Notes: generated by a model from the letters alone, not told the origin. Positions 13,642-30,066 are shown, counted from the first letter of the stretch. The stretch: 64,000 nucleotides of DNA from the human T2T-CHM13v2.0 reference genome, Homo sapiens (GCF_009914755.1 NC_060931.1), one strand, 5' to 3'. Made by a program: numbers and translations.

Positions 13642-14796
13642 GTAAAGGAAAATTACTTTCAAGTTAGGTTTGTTGCACTAGTTTTTATGACTTGCTTTGT
13701 CATCATCTCTGTTCCCTATTTATATTTTCTTTGTAAGCAGCATGTTTCACTCGAGTAGTTTGAAATCTAAACTGTTTACTCTCTGCCTCCTCAGGGAGGT
13801 TTTATGAGAAGTTAGCTCTGTTTAGGTGGTGTTGGCATGGTACCAGCATGTCAACTTTTCTTGGTACGGACTGGACTGCAAGGTGATGTGACTAGAAGGC
13901 CAGTAACTTAAAATTCCTGAAATTGTTGCTTTTATTTAAAAAAGAGTTGTTGTGCCTCAGTGAAAGGCAGTCTGTATGAAATATTAAAAATTATTATTGC
14001 TAGTTATTTACGGTAGGTGGAGAATGTTGGTTATCTTCCCAGCTGCCCTTTAGAAAAAGCTTTATAGTAAGCTTCATGGTATAACCTTTGTGTCATAGAT
14101 TGAAATGACCTGGATTCATTTTTAAGATAGTTTCACTTAAAGTAGTGTGTGCCCTATCCAAAGACCTAAGAAAAATCAATTCCCATGCTACCCAAATGTT
14201 GATATCAATTTTCTCACTTGCTAAGATATGCTGGCTGTAGTTTAGTAAAAGGATCCTGTTTTCAAGCAAACAACAACAACAAACCCGAAGAATAAATAGT
14301 TGAAAGTTTCCTAAAATCTCTTACAAGCATTCCTCGCTAACTCTGAGAATCCTGAGGGCAAGTTCAGTATACTTAGAGGTTACTTGAGCCCTCAGCCCTG
14401 GCTGGGAATCCTGTCAGCTGTATCAGCTTCTGTGGTGCCATCAGCTGCTTTTGCTATTTACAGGTCTTTTGTCATCCATGAGTCACTTTTTAGTCCACGT
14501 CTGTTCTTCCTGGCTTGGTGAAGCCTCTAGACTGCCTTTATCTTCTATGTCTGAAATAAAATAGAAAACTGCATTTCAAAGATAAGTACTTATTTAATCA
14601 CTATGTTAGTCTGTTCTTACATTGCTGTAAAGAAACACCTGAGGCTGGGCAATTTATAAAGAAAAGAGGTTTAATTAACTCATAGTTCTGCAGGCAGTAC
14701 GGGAAACATGGCCCCAGCATCTGCTCATGGTGAGGCCTCAGGAAGCTTCCAATCATGGTGGGAGGCAAAGTGGGAGCAGGCAGTGTAACATGGTGA

Positions 14797-15100
<304 letters not shown>

Positions 15101-15103
15101 TAG

Positions 15104-15508
<405 letters not shown>

Positions 15509-15746
15509 TGAGATTTGGAAAGCACAAACATCCAAACTATATCTATCACTTTGGATGAATCATGCCTTTACCCTTGCATGGGCTTTTGTGACTGAGAGTT
15601 TATGGACACGTGTGTCCTATTTTACCACTTAATATAGAACTGATTGTTTTAGTAGGTAGATTTTAAAGTAAAACTATCAATCACTGAGTAGATTTTCTTT
15701 GTCTATCAATTTTCTATCTAGTAATAGAAGCAGAGAGGATGTATGC

Positions 15747-15767
15747 ATATATATATATGTATATATA

Positions 15768-15808
<41 letters not shown>
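15747..15808. repeat. (TA)n microsatellite
   Basis: TATATA run with a few TG interruptions. Confidence 0.95.
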
Positions 15809-15809
<1 letters not shown>

Positions 15810-15812
<3 letters not shown>

Positions 15813-16173
15813 TCATCTTAAGGAATTGACTCATGTGATTGTGGAGGGCCAGAAAGTCCAAAATCTGCCGGGCAGGCCAGCGGGCTGAAGAACCAGGAAC
15901 AAGTTGATACTGCTGCTTAAGCCTGAAGGCAGTCTGCTGGCATAATTCCCTCTTTCTTGGGGGAGATCAGTTTTTTTCTCCTTAGGCCTTTGACTGATTG
16001 GATGAGGTTCACCCACATTATGGAGGATAATCTACTTTATTCAAAGTCTACTGATGTAAATGTCAACCTCATTTAAAAAATACCTCACAGAAACGTCTAG
16101 AATACTGTTGGGCCACATATTTGAGTACCTGAGTTGTTGCCAGTAAAAATGACAATAAAATGAACTATCGCAT
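15810..16173 (-). mobile_element. MLT2 (ERVL) LTR
   Basis: GGAATTGACTCATGTGATTGTGGAG...CTGATTGGATGAGGTTCACCCACATTATGGAGGATAATCTACTTTATTCAAAGTCTACTGAT. Confidence 0.85.
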
Positions 16174-16174
16174 A

Positions 16175-16700
16175 CCCCAACTTCATTTTGGAGAACTACT
16201 CTCCTTAGTCCATGTATATCAGGTGGAGCTGACCTCATTTTTCTGACTCCAAGGGTGAGAATGTGACATAGGCCCATCATAGCATCAAAGTATCCTGGCT
16301 AAAGAGATTGCTTCAAGGCTGGCCATATGACCAAACCCAGATCAATGAGAGCCAGTCCTGGGATTTTTGCCAGAACTACCAGGACTGAGCCATTGTATCA
16401 TTCTTAGAGTTTGAAAGCTAAGGGCCTGGAAGTCTGGAGCTGCAGGAGGTCATCTTTGTTCCCATATGGGGTAAGTCTGCCGGAAAGTTAAGCCAATCCA
16501 GGGAAAAGAAAGCAGGAGATGGAGAGATGAGACATGGAGAACAAGAGACAATTTCTTGCGGATATTATATAAATGTTATTGAAAACCTGAATCTAGCTAT
16601 CTTGATCCATGTTTTTAAAAGCTAAGTAAGCTAATACATTCTTCTTTCTGCTTAAACTAATTTGAGTTTCTATCACTTGCAACTGAAATAATTCTGATGA
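16175..16700 (+). mobile_element. Old MaLR LTR (MLT1K/L-like)
   Basis: CATATGACCAAACCCAGATCAATGAGAG...GCTTAAACTAATTTGAGTTTCTATCACTTGCAACTGAAA. Confidence 0.65.
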
Positions 16701-17149
16701 AGATGCAATATGCTGGATGTTCTAGGTAGTTCCCAGAGGCAGCCGCTTTCAATAACTTTAGCTGATTCTTTTGATGTTTTTCTCCATGTATCTAACAATA
16801 TGCCATTACTGCTGTTTTGTGATTGATTTCAGTCAGTAGTTGCTGACTTCCTGTTATGGTGAGTGAGGATTCCTTCCTCCTTCTCCATTTTATAATTTTT
16901 TCTAAATGCTTCAACATATCTGTCAGCCACTCAGAAAAAAATGATGTAAACATTCAAAATCATCAGTTGCACTCTCTGCCACCCCTACACCCTTGTGCCA
17001 TAGTAACCATTTGCTGCTCTGAGCTGGCCCTGCTGCCCTCCGGACTTGGTGCACAGCCGTTGTTCAGGGGTCACTTCCTTTCACTGATGACTTGCGTAGG
17101 AAAACATAGGAATGATGACCTGTGTGTTTTGGATTCCCAGTCTTCCTCT

Positions 17150-18960
<1,811 letters not shown>

Positions 18961-19489
18961 GAATATAGAGAAGAAACAACAAAATTGTTATGTGATATTA
19001 TACATGTAATCAATCTTCCACTTGAAAGCAGAGTTACCTGCAAGACTCTTGACATCCTTACTCTCTATTTTAAAGAAATGGCAACTGGAAATCTAAGATA
19101 GTGCATCATGGGTGTGGTTTGTGCAAGAAAGTCAATGCTGACCTCCAGTCAGCAGACTCATGCCCAAAGGGGGGCTTTGGCCTAATGTCACAAAATTCGT
19201 AATATATGTGCATGTATGTTTTGAATTAAAATGAGGAATGCATATATCTTTCAACTGACTTTTCTGACTAACCACCCAACTGCTAATTTGAATTTTGATA
19301 AATAAGAGGGTTTCTACTGACCTTTTAAGATTTTCATAGATTTCCCCTTGGTTAGAGTGATGGCAGTGACTCTGTCTGCCTTTTTTATCACTTTAACTTC
19401 GGTCCCTAGAACAGTGGCTGGCTCACATAAATGGATACTCTAGAAATGTTTGTTGAATAAAAGAATAACTTTTCAAAGCTTTACAACTA

Positions 19490-20000
19490 CTCTTTATAGT
19501 AGTTTTATTAACCCCATCTTATAAATGAGAAAACAGAAGCTCAAAGAAATCAAGGGTTTATCACACAGATGACAGAGTGGGTAGAGGAAGTTGAATATAG
19601 ATTGCATGTTAGATAATAGAATTTTTGTATCTTGTATTACTTTGTTAGGTATAATAATGATACTGTGGGAAAATATCTTTACTCTTAGGAGATCCATGCT
19701 GAAGTATTTTGAGATTAAGTACCATAATGTCTACACCTTTCTATGAAATGATTCTCTCTCTTTATCTCTCTCTCTCTTCCTCCCTCTCTCTTTCTATGTG
19801 TGTGTGTGTGTGTGTGTGTGTACAGAGAGAGATAAATTAAGGATGGTAAAATGTTAATTATTGAATATAGGTAGAAATATATGAGAGATCAGTGTATTCT
19901 TTCAACATTTCTGAATTTTGAAAATATTTACCACACAGAGTTGTAAAAGCAAAAATTAAACAAAAATAGAGAATTAGACTCAAGTTTGTTCAACTCCAAA
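19490..20000 (-). mobile_element. MIR interrupted by a plus-strand L1ME 3' end (~19595-19960) carrying (CT)n(GT)n
   Basis: CCCCATCTTATAAATGAGAAAACAGAAGCTCA...; L1ME ATGCTGAAGTATTT...GGTAAAATGTTAA...ATTCTTTCAACATTTCTG; MIR resumes at AGAATTAGACTCAAG. Confidence 0.65.
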
Positions 20001-20189
20001 ATATCAAAAAGCAAATTAAAGGCAACTGCTCAGAAATGATCCAGTGAGCACTGAGGATCAAACACTATTTCCTTTAGGAAATGGGAGCTAGGCAATCCAG
20101 AGAGAGCAAGTAAGGAGTATTTAATACATAATTCTGATGGTCTTCTCATATAGCCACTTCCGTAAAGTCAGCGTAAGAGTTAGGACAGA

Positions 20190-20325
20190 ACCTTTATATA
20201 GAGAAAGGAAAGATCTATGGAAAAAAAGACTGAAAAGCCTGTTGAAGGAGGTACTGTTGAAGGGACTGGGACTTTTTTACCTGGAAAAGAGAAGAATTCA
20301 GGGTAATGTCATCATCTTCAATACC
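20190..20325 (+). mobile_element. L3/CR1 fragment
   Basis: GTTGAAGGGACTGGGACTTTTTTACCTGGAAAAGAGAAGAATTCAGGG matches the CR1 'ELGLFSLEKRRL' region (ORF track reads KGLGLFYLEKRRIQG). Confidence 0.7.
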
Positions 20326-20544
20326 CAATGCACCAAATACTCAAAAGACCAAATGCTAATTTAGCCTAAACCCATTTACTCTTCATAATGTAAAGAGTCA
20401 AAATTTTCTAAAAGGCAAAAGATTAAAAAGTAATTTAGGAAAAATTTTGTATAGATTAATTACAACTTATTACGTAAACTTGAAGAGAACAGAGAATGTA
20501 TATAAAATTTTAGTTGTCCAATTTGCTGCAGGCCAGGAGGTAAG

Positions 20545-20690
20545 AAAATACTTATTGAATGTCTACTTAGGGTGCTGCCCTGTGCTGGTATTTTACTGGT
20601 TATCTATTTGATGCTTATAACAACCCTATGAATTTATGCTGCTTTCCCTTTTTCATAGATGAGAAAACTGAGGTTCAAAGAAGATTATCA
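20545..20690 (-). mobile_element. MIR SINE
   Basis: ACAACCCTATGA...TTTCATAGATGAGAAAACTGAGGTTCA. Confidence 0.8.
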
Positions 20691-21176
20691 TTCCTGTGAA
20701 ACCTCCCCCCAAAATCCATGTTATCATCCTTTTGAATAATACTGGAGTAATTTCTGTATCCATAAAAGATGGTGAATCCTTTTTAGATAAATTATTTAGT
20801 TATGAAATAAAGGCAAAGGGATTGAATTTAACAGGGGCTTGACTTGCTAAGGTCTGGGCCTCTTTTCTAATGACCCTGCTGAATATTACGGGAAACTATT
20901 TTAGAAGCAATAGGAATTCAGCTTCATAGCATCAGAGAACCTTCTAAGGGGCAGAATTGAGGGCTTCACTAAGGGATTAGCTTTAAAAAAAGTGCAAACT
21001 AAAAATTTCATTTGGAAATTAGTAGAATTTCAAGAGATTCAAGATCTTCTAAGTTGGTTGTGATTGCAGAAGAGTGAGGGAATAGGTAGAGCCTCAGAGA
21101 TGGTAACAGGGCTTTGAGATATTTGAGAGTGCTACAGTTGTCTAGAGGCCTAAATTGAAGTTACTTAGTTGTGTGG

Positions 21177-21543
21177 TGATATGGTTCAGCTGTGTCCCCA
21201 CCCAAATCTCATCTTGAATTGTAGTTCCCATAATCCCCACATGTTGTGGGAGGGACCCAGTGGGAGGTAATTGAATCATGAGGGCAGTTACCCCCCATGC
21301 TGCTGTTCTCATGATAGTGAATAAGTCTCATGAGATCTGATGATTTTATAAAGGGGCATTCCCTTGCACACACTCTCTTGCCTGCACCATGTAAGATGTG
21401 CATTTGCTCCTCCTCTGTCTTCTGCCATGATTGTGAGACCTCCCCAGCCATGTGGGGCTGTGAGTCCATTAAATCTCTTTTTCTTTATAAATTACCCAGT
21501 CTTGTGTATTTTTTTCATAGCAGTATGAAAATAGACTAGTACA
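21177..21543 (+). mobile_element. THE1 (C/D-like) solo LTR with perfect 5-bp TSD
   Basis: TGATATGGTTCAGCTGTGTCCCCACCCAAATCTC...GACTAGTACA; TSD TGTGG at 21172-21176 and 21544-21548. Confidence 0.96.
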
Positions 21544-22519
21544 TGTGGTCTCCAGCAATTCACTTAATCTTTCTTCTGTTTTCATACATAAAGAATAGTT
21601 GTGGAAACTGCAGCCTTGCTCCCACTATATGATTGTTGTAAGAAACAAATGAAATATGTTTATATGTGTGATTGTGGAGTTGCAGGGTCAACACAACCGA
21701 AGCTGTGTTCATCTTGGTACTGGTAAGGCATATCTACCTGATGATTTATTGATATGCTTGGCCACCCAGCATGCTAGGAGATGGTTTATTTTAAGGAGAG
21801 AGAAAGCTGAAATACCCAAGTTTGGTTCATGAATAATTGGTCCATAAGGGAAGGTGAGATTCAGAACACAATTAACTTCAGTCTGGATGGGAGGAAGGAT
21901 GGGATGAGGATAGTTTTCAATAAATAAGCAAGACAAAACTAAAAATCATCATTTTTCTCAAATATCTGGAGGACTATTGAGACCACAGAGAAGAACTCAG
22001 CCGATAGGTGCTGGCAGTTTCAGCAGTGATGGGAAATGACCTTCGGGGTCATTAGAGTACTTCAATAGCACCCTCAACCCATGAGCACTGGCAACTGCAT
22101 CACAAAAAAGAGTGGGCTCCTGGAGAGGGGACCACCCCATGGTCTTCACCAGTGGTGGGTTTGGTGGGCTCTTGTTAGCCTCAGCTAATAGAGGCTCTAC
22201 CAGAGTGAGTCAAAGTGGGAAATGAGGGAAATGTTTCCATGTGACTATGAAGAAGGTCAGTTCATGTAGCACGCAGAAGATGCCCTTAGGAGACAACTTC
22301 TGTGACAAATTTGAAGAGAGGGCAGGGAGTTGTGTCAGGCAGTCCTGTCAGAGAAATTGGAGGCAGAGCCTGCCAATTGTTTACCATTTTTCCACTTTTA
22401 TTGTAATTCTATTTTTATCCCAGCAGAAATGGTCCAGAAAACTTGGGTGGTATTTGTTGGGTGACTATACAAATATAAGGAATCATGATAAAAGTAATTT
22501 GCAAGTTCATTTATGCTTA

Positions 22520-23030
22520 TGCCTCCCAGGTAGACATCAGAGGAGGTGATGCCTGCTGATATTTAATGACAGGAAGAAACCAGCCATGTGAGGGAAGATT
22601 GAGGGCAGAACATTCCAGGCAGAGAACACAAGGGCAAAGGGCCCAAGGCTGGGATTAACTTGACCGGTTATGTGGGCAGAAAAAATGCAGACCTTGAAAT
22701 GAGGTTGGCATGGCATGAGGGTGGAAAGGAAGGCAGGGGTCCGGACTTTGGAAGCCAGGATAAAGGTTTAGGATTTCATTGTAATTGTGATCTGTGGCAG
22801 TTGTGCAGGGGGACATTTTCGATGGCAGTAGTAGAAGCAGGATGCTATGGCAGTCACCCAAATGAGAGGTGATGAAGGCTTGGACATTGATGATATCAAG
22901 AAAGATGAAGTGTAGGAGGATTCAGGATATAAATTTGGAGGTAGAGTTGACTGGATTTGCTGAGAAGATTCTGGGGGGTGGAGGGAGCTGAGAAAGGCTG
23001 GAATCAAGGATAACTCCTTGAGGACAAAAT
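22520..23030 (-). mobile_element. L2 fragment
   Basis: AACATTCCAGGCAGAGAAC...GGATTCAGGATATAAATTTGGAGGTAGAGTTGACTGGATTTGCTGA. Confidence 0.8.
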
Positions 23031-23834
23031 GTGAAACTAGATAGACATAATCCTCTTTCATGGAGGCTGGGGAGAGACATTTTAATTAAATAATCCCATA
23101 AGTGGAAAAGTGTAACAGTGACAATGTTTCAAGGGTCAGATTTTCAATGCTCCAGGAGGGTTGAAAGGCGGTGTATGATTGAGTGAGGGAGATCAGGGAG
23201 GGCTTGTTTTGGGTGAAAGTCTAAATGTGAAGCAATATGTAGAGGGAACATTCCATTTTCTCAAGACTGGTATCCTCTGCCTTATTTGGGGAGGCTTTTT
23301 AGCAAAGGAAAGAGTCAAACATGTGCCCAGAGGAACCCCACTCTCATACCCTGCTTCTCTTCTTCCCATGGCCTACAAACGGTTAAAAAAGATTTCCTCA
23401 GCATGTGCAAGCATGCAAGGGAGAAACTGTGTGTGAGTTCCCAGAAGCCACCCAATTGACCATCCTCTGGGTTGTGGAGACAGGGTACAGCCTGTTCTTT
23501 TTGTACTTTACAAGTTCAGTGAAAAAAGCAACAAGCTGTTTCTTTCTCTTAGGCAGGCCAGCCAAGAGATAGCAATGCTGTTTCTTCCTCTCTCTTGTTT
23601 TCCCCATGATTATCTTGTAAGCCTTTCCTTTTACACATTTGAGATGGGTTTGAAATGGTTCCTTGCAGAGGGTTTGCATCAGAGAGTCTTGAGTTTCCCT
23701 TGGGTCACTTTCCTGAGGCTCAATTTTGTCACCAGTAAAATTGGGGTTATAGTAGTAACTATCTTAGAGAGTTGCAGGGTAGACTGAGTGAGCTGATAAA
23801 TGATAAGCTCTAGCTTAGTGCCTGCCTCATTACA

Positions 23835-24757
23835 AGTGATTAGGATGTGTTGCTATAACAAATTACCACAAACTGTGTGACTTAAAACAACACTGAATGA
23901 TCACCTTACAGTTCTGAAGGTCAAAAGACTGAAACAGGTTTCACTGGCCTAAAGTCACATTGTTGGCAGGGCTGCATTCCTTCTGGAGTTTCTAGGGATG
24001 AGTCCATTTCCTTACCTTCTCCAGCTGCTGGAGGCCACCTGCATTCTTTGGCTTGTTGCCCCGTTCATCTTCAGAGCCAGCAGTCACTTCACTTCGAAAT
24101 CTGTTTCTGATTGTTATATCTCCTTTGACTGTTCTACCTGCCTCTTCCATATTTAAAGGACCCTAGCTTAATCCATTTATGCTGGATTTATAACAAAATA
24201 CCTGAAACTGCGTCATTTATAAAGAACAGAAACTTATTTCTCACAGATCTGGAGGCTGGAAATCCACCATCAAGGCACTGGCAGGCTTGTTGTCTGGCGA
24301 GGGCCTCGTCTCTGCTTCCAAGATGGCACCTTATTGCTGCATCCTCCAGAGGAGCCAGACGCCTGTGTCCTCACAGGGCAGAAGGGATGGAAGGGCAAAA
24401 GCTTCCTTGCTAGTACACATCAGCCCTTTTGTGAGACACTAATTCCATCCTTGAGGATAGAGCCCTCAGGGTCTAATCACCTCCCAAGGGCCCCACTTCT
24501 TAAGACAGTTGTGCTGGTGATTACGTTTCAACATAAATTTTGAGGGGACAAAAACACTGCAACCATAGCAGATCCTTTTGATTATGATGTGCCACCTGAA
24601 TAATCCAGGGTAATCTCCTTATTTGCAGGTCTGTTGACTAGCAACCTTTATTTTATTTGCAACCTTAATTCCCCCTTGCCATGTAAGGTAACCTATTCAC
24701 CTTGGTTCTGAAGATTAAGCTGTGAGCATTTTGGGGGCCATTATTCCGCCTACCACA
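23835..24757 (-). mobile_element. MLT1D/E LTR with nested MST/MLT1A-type LTR (24164-24570)
   Basis: Outer element AACAAATTACCACAAAC...CCATTATTCCGCCTACCACA; inner LTR flanked by TSD GACCC (24159-24163) / GATCC (24571-24575). Confidence 0.88.
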
Positions 24758-24784
24758 GTGTTCAATATGGATAGCTACTACTGT

Positions 24785-25113
24785 ACAATCGGTCCTGCAT
24801 CATCTGTGGGTTCTGCGTCCATGGATTTAACTGACTGCAGATTGAAAATAGTTTTTAAAAAGCATTTGTACTGAATATATACAGACTTTTTTCTCATCAT
24901 GATTCCTTAAGCTATGCAATATAACTACTATTGACATGGCATTTACATTATATTAAATATTATAAGTAATCTAGAGATCATTTAAAGTATATGGGAGATG
25001 TGCCTAAGTTATATGCAAACACTATTTTATTTTGTATGAGGGACTTGAGCATATCCAGATTTTGGTATGGGGATGTCCAGGAACCAATCCCTTCCACATA
25101 CTGAGGGACAGCT
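24785..25113 (+). mobile_element. MER2 (TcMar-Tigger)
   Basis: ATCTGTGGGTTCTGCGTCCATGGATT...TATAAGTAATCTAGAGAT...GGAACCAATCCC...ATACTGAGGGACAGCT. Confidence 0.88.
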
Positions 25114-25407
25114 ACATATAGTGAACTGTGCTAGTCAATGAAAAGGATGTGAAGAAAAATCCGCTGTAACCTGTTAATTCAAAGCAGCATACGGCTTGAT
25201 TTCTACCTCTTAAATAGGTAGAAATAAAATGCTGTTAGTCATGGGTAGCGTTCAGAAGAGAACAAATCACACCTGGAAATGAGGATCAAGAATCAGGAAT
25301 GGATCTGTGCAAACAGTATTTCATTTGAGACTAGAGGCTGGGTAAAACTTGAAGGGGTGAAGATCAGATTTAGTTTAGGAGAGGTGGTGGGAAGAGAACC
25401 TTCTAGA

Positions 25408-26010
<603 letters not shown>

Positions 26011-26426
26011 TCCATGTTGGGAGCACAGACATTGATGAAGACAATGGCATCAGCAGAAGCATGGTGACAGGAAAGTTCAGGATAATTTGGGGAACACGAC
26101 AGTGCAACAAGGTAAGAGAGAAAACAAAAATATTTAGGTTTCAAATTGCAGAAGACTCAGAATGTTAAGTGTTTGTACCTAATTTGGAAGGCATTAGGAA
26201 ACTAGTGAAGGTTTTAGGCAGACAAATGAAATATTTAGAGTGGCCTAAGTGTGCTTGAAGAGAGAAAGAGACATAAAACTTGATTCTTCCACTTAGAAGT
26301 TTAAAATCTTGTAGGGGAGAAGAATGTGTACACAAAGTAATAATGATCTAAGATAGAGAGTACTGTGTGTTAGATTATCAGTACACATAATAAATGCTAC
26401 AAGAGAGGAAAGAAAGGAAGCCCCAA

Positions 26427-26612
26427 GGCTCAGAAGTCTGAGACGAGTTTTCCAGGGCTGACCTCAGAATGTCAGCAGGGTTAAGTTCCTCTGGGAGGCT
26501 CTCGGGGAGATTCTGGTTCCTTGCCCTTTCCAGTATCTAGAGGCCACCTGCATTCCTTGGCTTGTTGCCCCCTTATCTTCAGATACAGCAATTGCATCAC
26601 TTCGACCTCTGA
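26427..26612 (-). mobile_element. Isolated internal MLT1D/E LTR fragment
   Basis: CTAGAGGCCACCTGCATTCCTTGGCTTGTTGCCCC; lacks both LTR termini. Confidence 0.75.
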
Positions 26613-26850
26613 CCGAGACAATAGGAGGAGCGTTGGGGAAGTTGGGGAGCGTTCCTGGTGGGAAGCTGGCTGAACCCACAGTGTGAGTGTAGGCATCTCC
26701 ATGGTCTGTTTGGGAGGAGTGGAAGCTCCCAGCCTTCATTGAATAGTGAGAGATAACGATGGTGAGCTAGGTTGATGCCATATTTTGGCAGATCCATCTG
26801 AAGAGCCTGAACACTCTCTCAAAGTCAAGAGAGAACCTCTAACAATTTAA

Positions 26851-27116
<266 letters not shown>

Positions 27117-27340
27117 TAATGATTTAAACAGTGTGATGGCATGCTCTAGGAGGCATGTTTTAAAAAGATTAATCTGACCAATGGGTGGGATGCACTGCAG
27201 GTGGGTGAGACTGAAGACTGGGAGTCCAGTTAGAAGGCTGTTGCTGTAGTTGTGGTGTGAGGTCATGAGGTTAGGAGCTGGGGTGGAGGAGTGAGCTGAT
27301 TCTTAAGAATTTAAGGTGATGAGATATGGGGGAGAGGGCG
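27117..27340 (-). mobile_element. L2 fragment
   Basis: GTTTTAAAAAGATTAATCTGAC...GGGAGTCCAGTTAGAAGGCTGTTGCTGTAGT. Confidence 0.7.
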
Positions 27341-28810
27341 TGAAAAGGGTTAAAGAAAGCTTTGTTGCAAATGGCAGGTATTAATATGAGTGGCAGGACT
27401 GGAATACCCAGTGGTTGGCAGTGACGAAGTGAATGTTCACTGTAAAGATTTCATGGTAATTTGGATTATGTCAGCAAACCTGTTTTTATACAGTAATATT
27501 TGGCGACTTTGCAATAAAAAAGAAACTTGGCATGCAGGCAGCGTACGTCAGTCCTCTTTCAAATGAGATAAAACTCTAATACTTTAATACTTATTGAGCC
27601 TCTGTAAGATCTTCCAACTGTCATCTGTGGTGTAAGCATTCACTTAGGACGGGAGACAGTGTTTTTTTTTTTTTCTTCCCATGAAGTGTCTAGATGAAAA
27701 GAAATTCTATAATAATCAAAGGAAGACTAAAATTCTAATCTTTCTCTTGTCTCAAAAGTGAGAGAGATTTAAACCATGGTGTAGCCTTCTCTGTTGTCTG
27801 AACTCCCTAAGGTCAACGCTCAAGGGCTCCGGGCAGGCGATGGAATAATTAATGGCGCTATTTATGTGCCTGTAATGTTCAGAGCTGACACCTGGAAGAC
27901 ACGGATGAACGCTGTCAGATCATTCCAAAGGGGGATGTGAGAAGCCATGCATGAGCAGGAAGATAAGTTACTGGAAATACCTCACAGATCTGTAAGGGGG
28001 TCAGAGTTCTTGGGACTTCTCAGAAGGTATTTTAGTATGTGAGCGCTTTTGCCAAACCACAAATTTGGTCCCACTGAGTCTTTCTGTTAGAATACAAATC
28101 CTTCTCTTTCTCCTACTAGTGGCTCACATTGTGAGTACAGTAGAACAAAGGCTGGGGATGAGGAGCCTTCTGAATATTTTCCTGATTCTCCCTAAAGTCA
28201 CAGGGATGGTGCCTGTGTGACGCCGTGAGCTGCACTTGTCAGTATCGCTGTGTGTAGCTCGTTACAATTCTGCTGGGATGCTGAGTGCTAAAGAGGCCCT
28301 GTAATATGTTAGAGTTGACTTCTGCTCTATTGTAGCTTGGTTGGATCAGTGTGTTTCACAAGGCCAGAAAAAGTTTCTCTTAAGTCTTCAGACAAATTAT
28401 TAGCTCTCCCATATAAAGGTCGCCCAAACTGGGGGCAGCCTTCACTTACCCCTACTGTCCTGGTATACTTAGGAGTATCCTGGTTTGGATGTGTTCATTC
28501 TATATGGTCAGCATTCATTTTATATGATCACTCTCCCTTTGGGGCTGTTTTATCTCATTGTGCAGTCTGTCTCTGGATATGGTTTAGCTGAACCCAGAGT
28601 TTCCTTATATTTGGATCTTTCCCTTTGTTCCACCTTCAGAGAAGTCCCACTCTGGATTCCATATTCAGAGAGGATGACTAAGTCTTTAGCCCTGCCTTAG
28701 AGAAGTGTCCCTCCAAAGGGGCCCAGAGCGGGTTCTGGGTGGAAGGCAGGGAGCTGAATTTTTCTCTCGTCTATGCACACAGGAGAGTTATACTTAGGCA
28801 AATTATTCCA

Positions 28811-28891
28811 TTAGGTTGGTGCAAAAGTAATTGCCATTTTTACCATTAAAAGTAATGGAAAAAAACTGCAATTTCTTTTGCACTAATGTAA
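28811..28891 (+). mobile_element. MADE1 (Hsmar1-derived MITE)
   Basis: TTAGGTTGGTGCAAAAGTAATTGC...CATTAAAAGTAATGG...TTTTGCACTAATGTAA, about 80-bp palindrome. Confidence 0.95.
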
Positions 28892-29916
28892 TGGAATAAT
28901 GTGCCTTAGCCATTGCTCTGCGCCTTGACTGAATTTCTTAGAAAAAGTTTATGAATCTTGTTCGAGCTGCTTGTGGTTACTCTTGCGTATGGGCTGGGGA
29001 AGGGTGTGGGTTGTTGCCACTATCCTAGGTCCTCTCCTGAATAATAACTTCCTGGAAGGCAGGATTTCAAGCCTTAATTCTTTTATCCTAATTATACACA
29101 GTCTAATACAATATCAGAAGTATGTGGCAGTTTAATAGGAAATAAACGCAATTACAACAGCATAAGAATTATTTCTATCTCATGGCTAATGCCCCAAACC
29201 TCTGTGGGCTTTATGGAGCAGACCAAATTTTGTTCACCAGCCAGAAATGCTACTTGCAATTTACTGAATCCACGGTACTGTTTCCCCCAAGATTATTTAT
29301 AATTTTTCTTCTTTATTACAAAAGTTTTTATAAAGCAGAGTTTTATAAAGGGGTTTTTATAAGGAATTTTATAGAGGTAATTATTACTGAAATTAAGATG
29401 AGTAAATATGACCCACAATCAACTTAGAAAAATGGTTTGCTTTCATGAGAAGGCACTAATTATTGTTATTTTCTTCACGTAGTCTTTGGGCTTGCAATTA
29501 ATTGGTCTTTGATGAAAGGCAGAGCCTTCTTGGCTTAAAATGGTTCCCTGAATTGACTACAGTTACATCTTCAAGAATCTTGAAGAATGTGTTTGTTTGA
29601 ATACCTGCATTCAGAAGTATAAACATTCATTTCAGCCACTCACATGACTATCAATATGGTTAAAAAATGATAACACATCTGAACAATGTAGTATAACAAA
29701 TATATTTTTGGATTTTAAAAATCTTTTATCTGTATCATCTTCCAACAAAGATTTCTAACTTTGATCAAAGATAAAAATCAGACTTAAAATTTGCCCCTAA
29801 AGTTAGTAAGACTTCTTGTGTCCTATGAGAGCCAAACTGTCCTTCAAATATCTAGCAAGTTACCCAGCATTAGGGGATCCACCACTAATTTTTGGTGGCC
29901 CCCAGATATCTTGCTA

Positions 29917-30036
29917 CCCTCTAGCTACCTTCGGTCAATGACTAGCAGAAGTTGGCATGGAAATATGCCAACCCTCTTTCCCTTATGTGAGACAGCTCTG
30001 CATATAGGAATTAAGGGCCAGTTGCCCACATTAGTA
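29917..30036. repeat. Inverted local copy of 30984-31107 (LTR16-type sequence)
   Basis: About 82% identity to the reverse complement of 30984-31107 with one 4-bp indel. Confidence 0.88.
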
Positions 30037-30066
30037 GCACCTCAGATATATGCCAGACATATTTTC

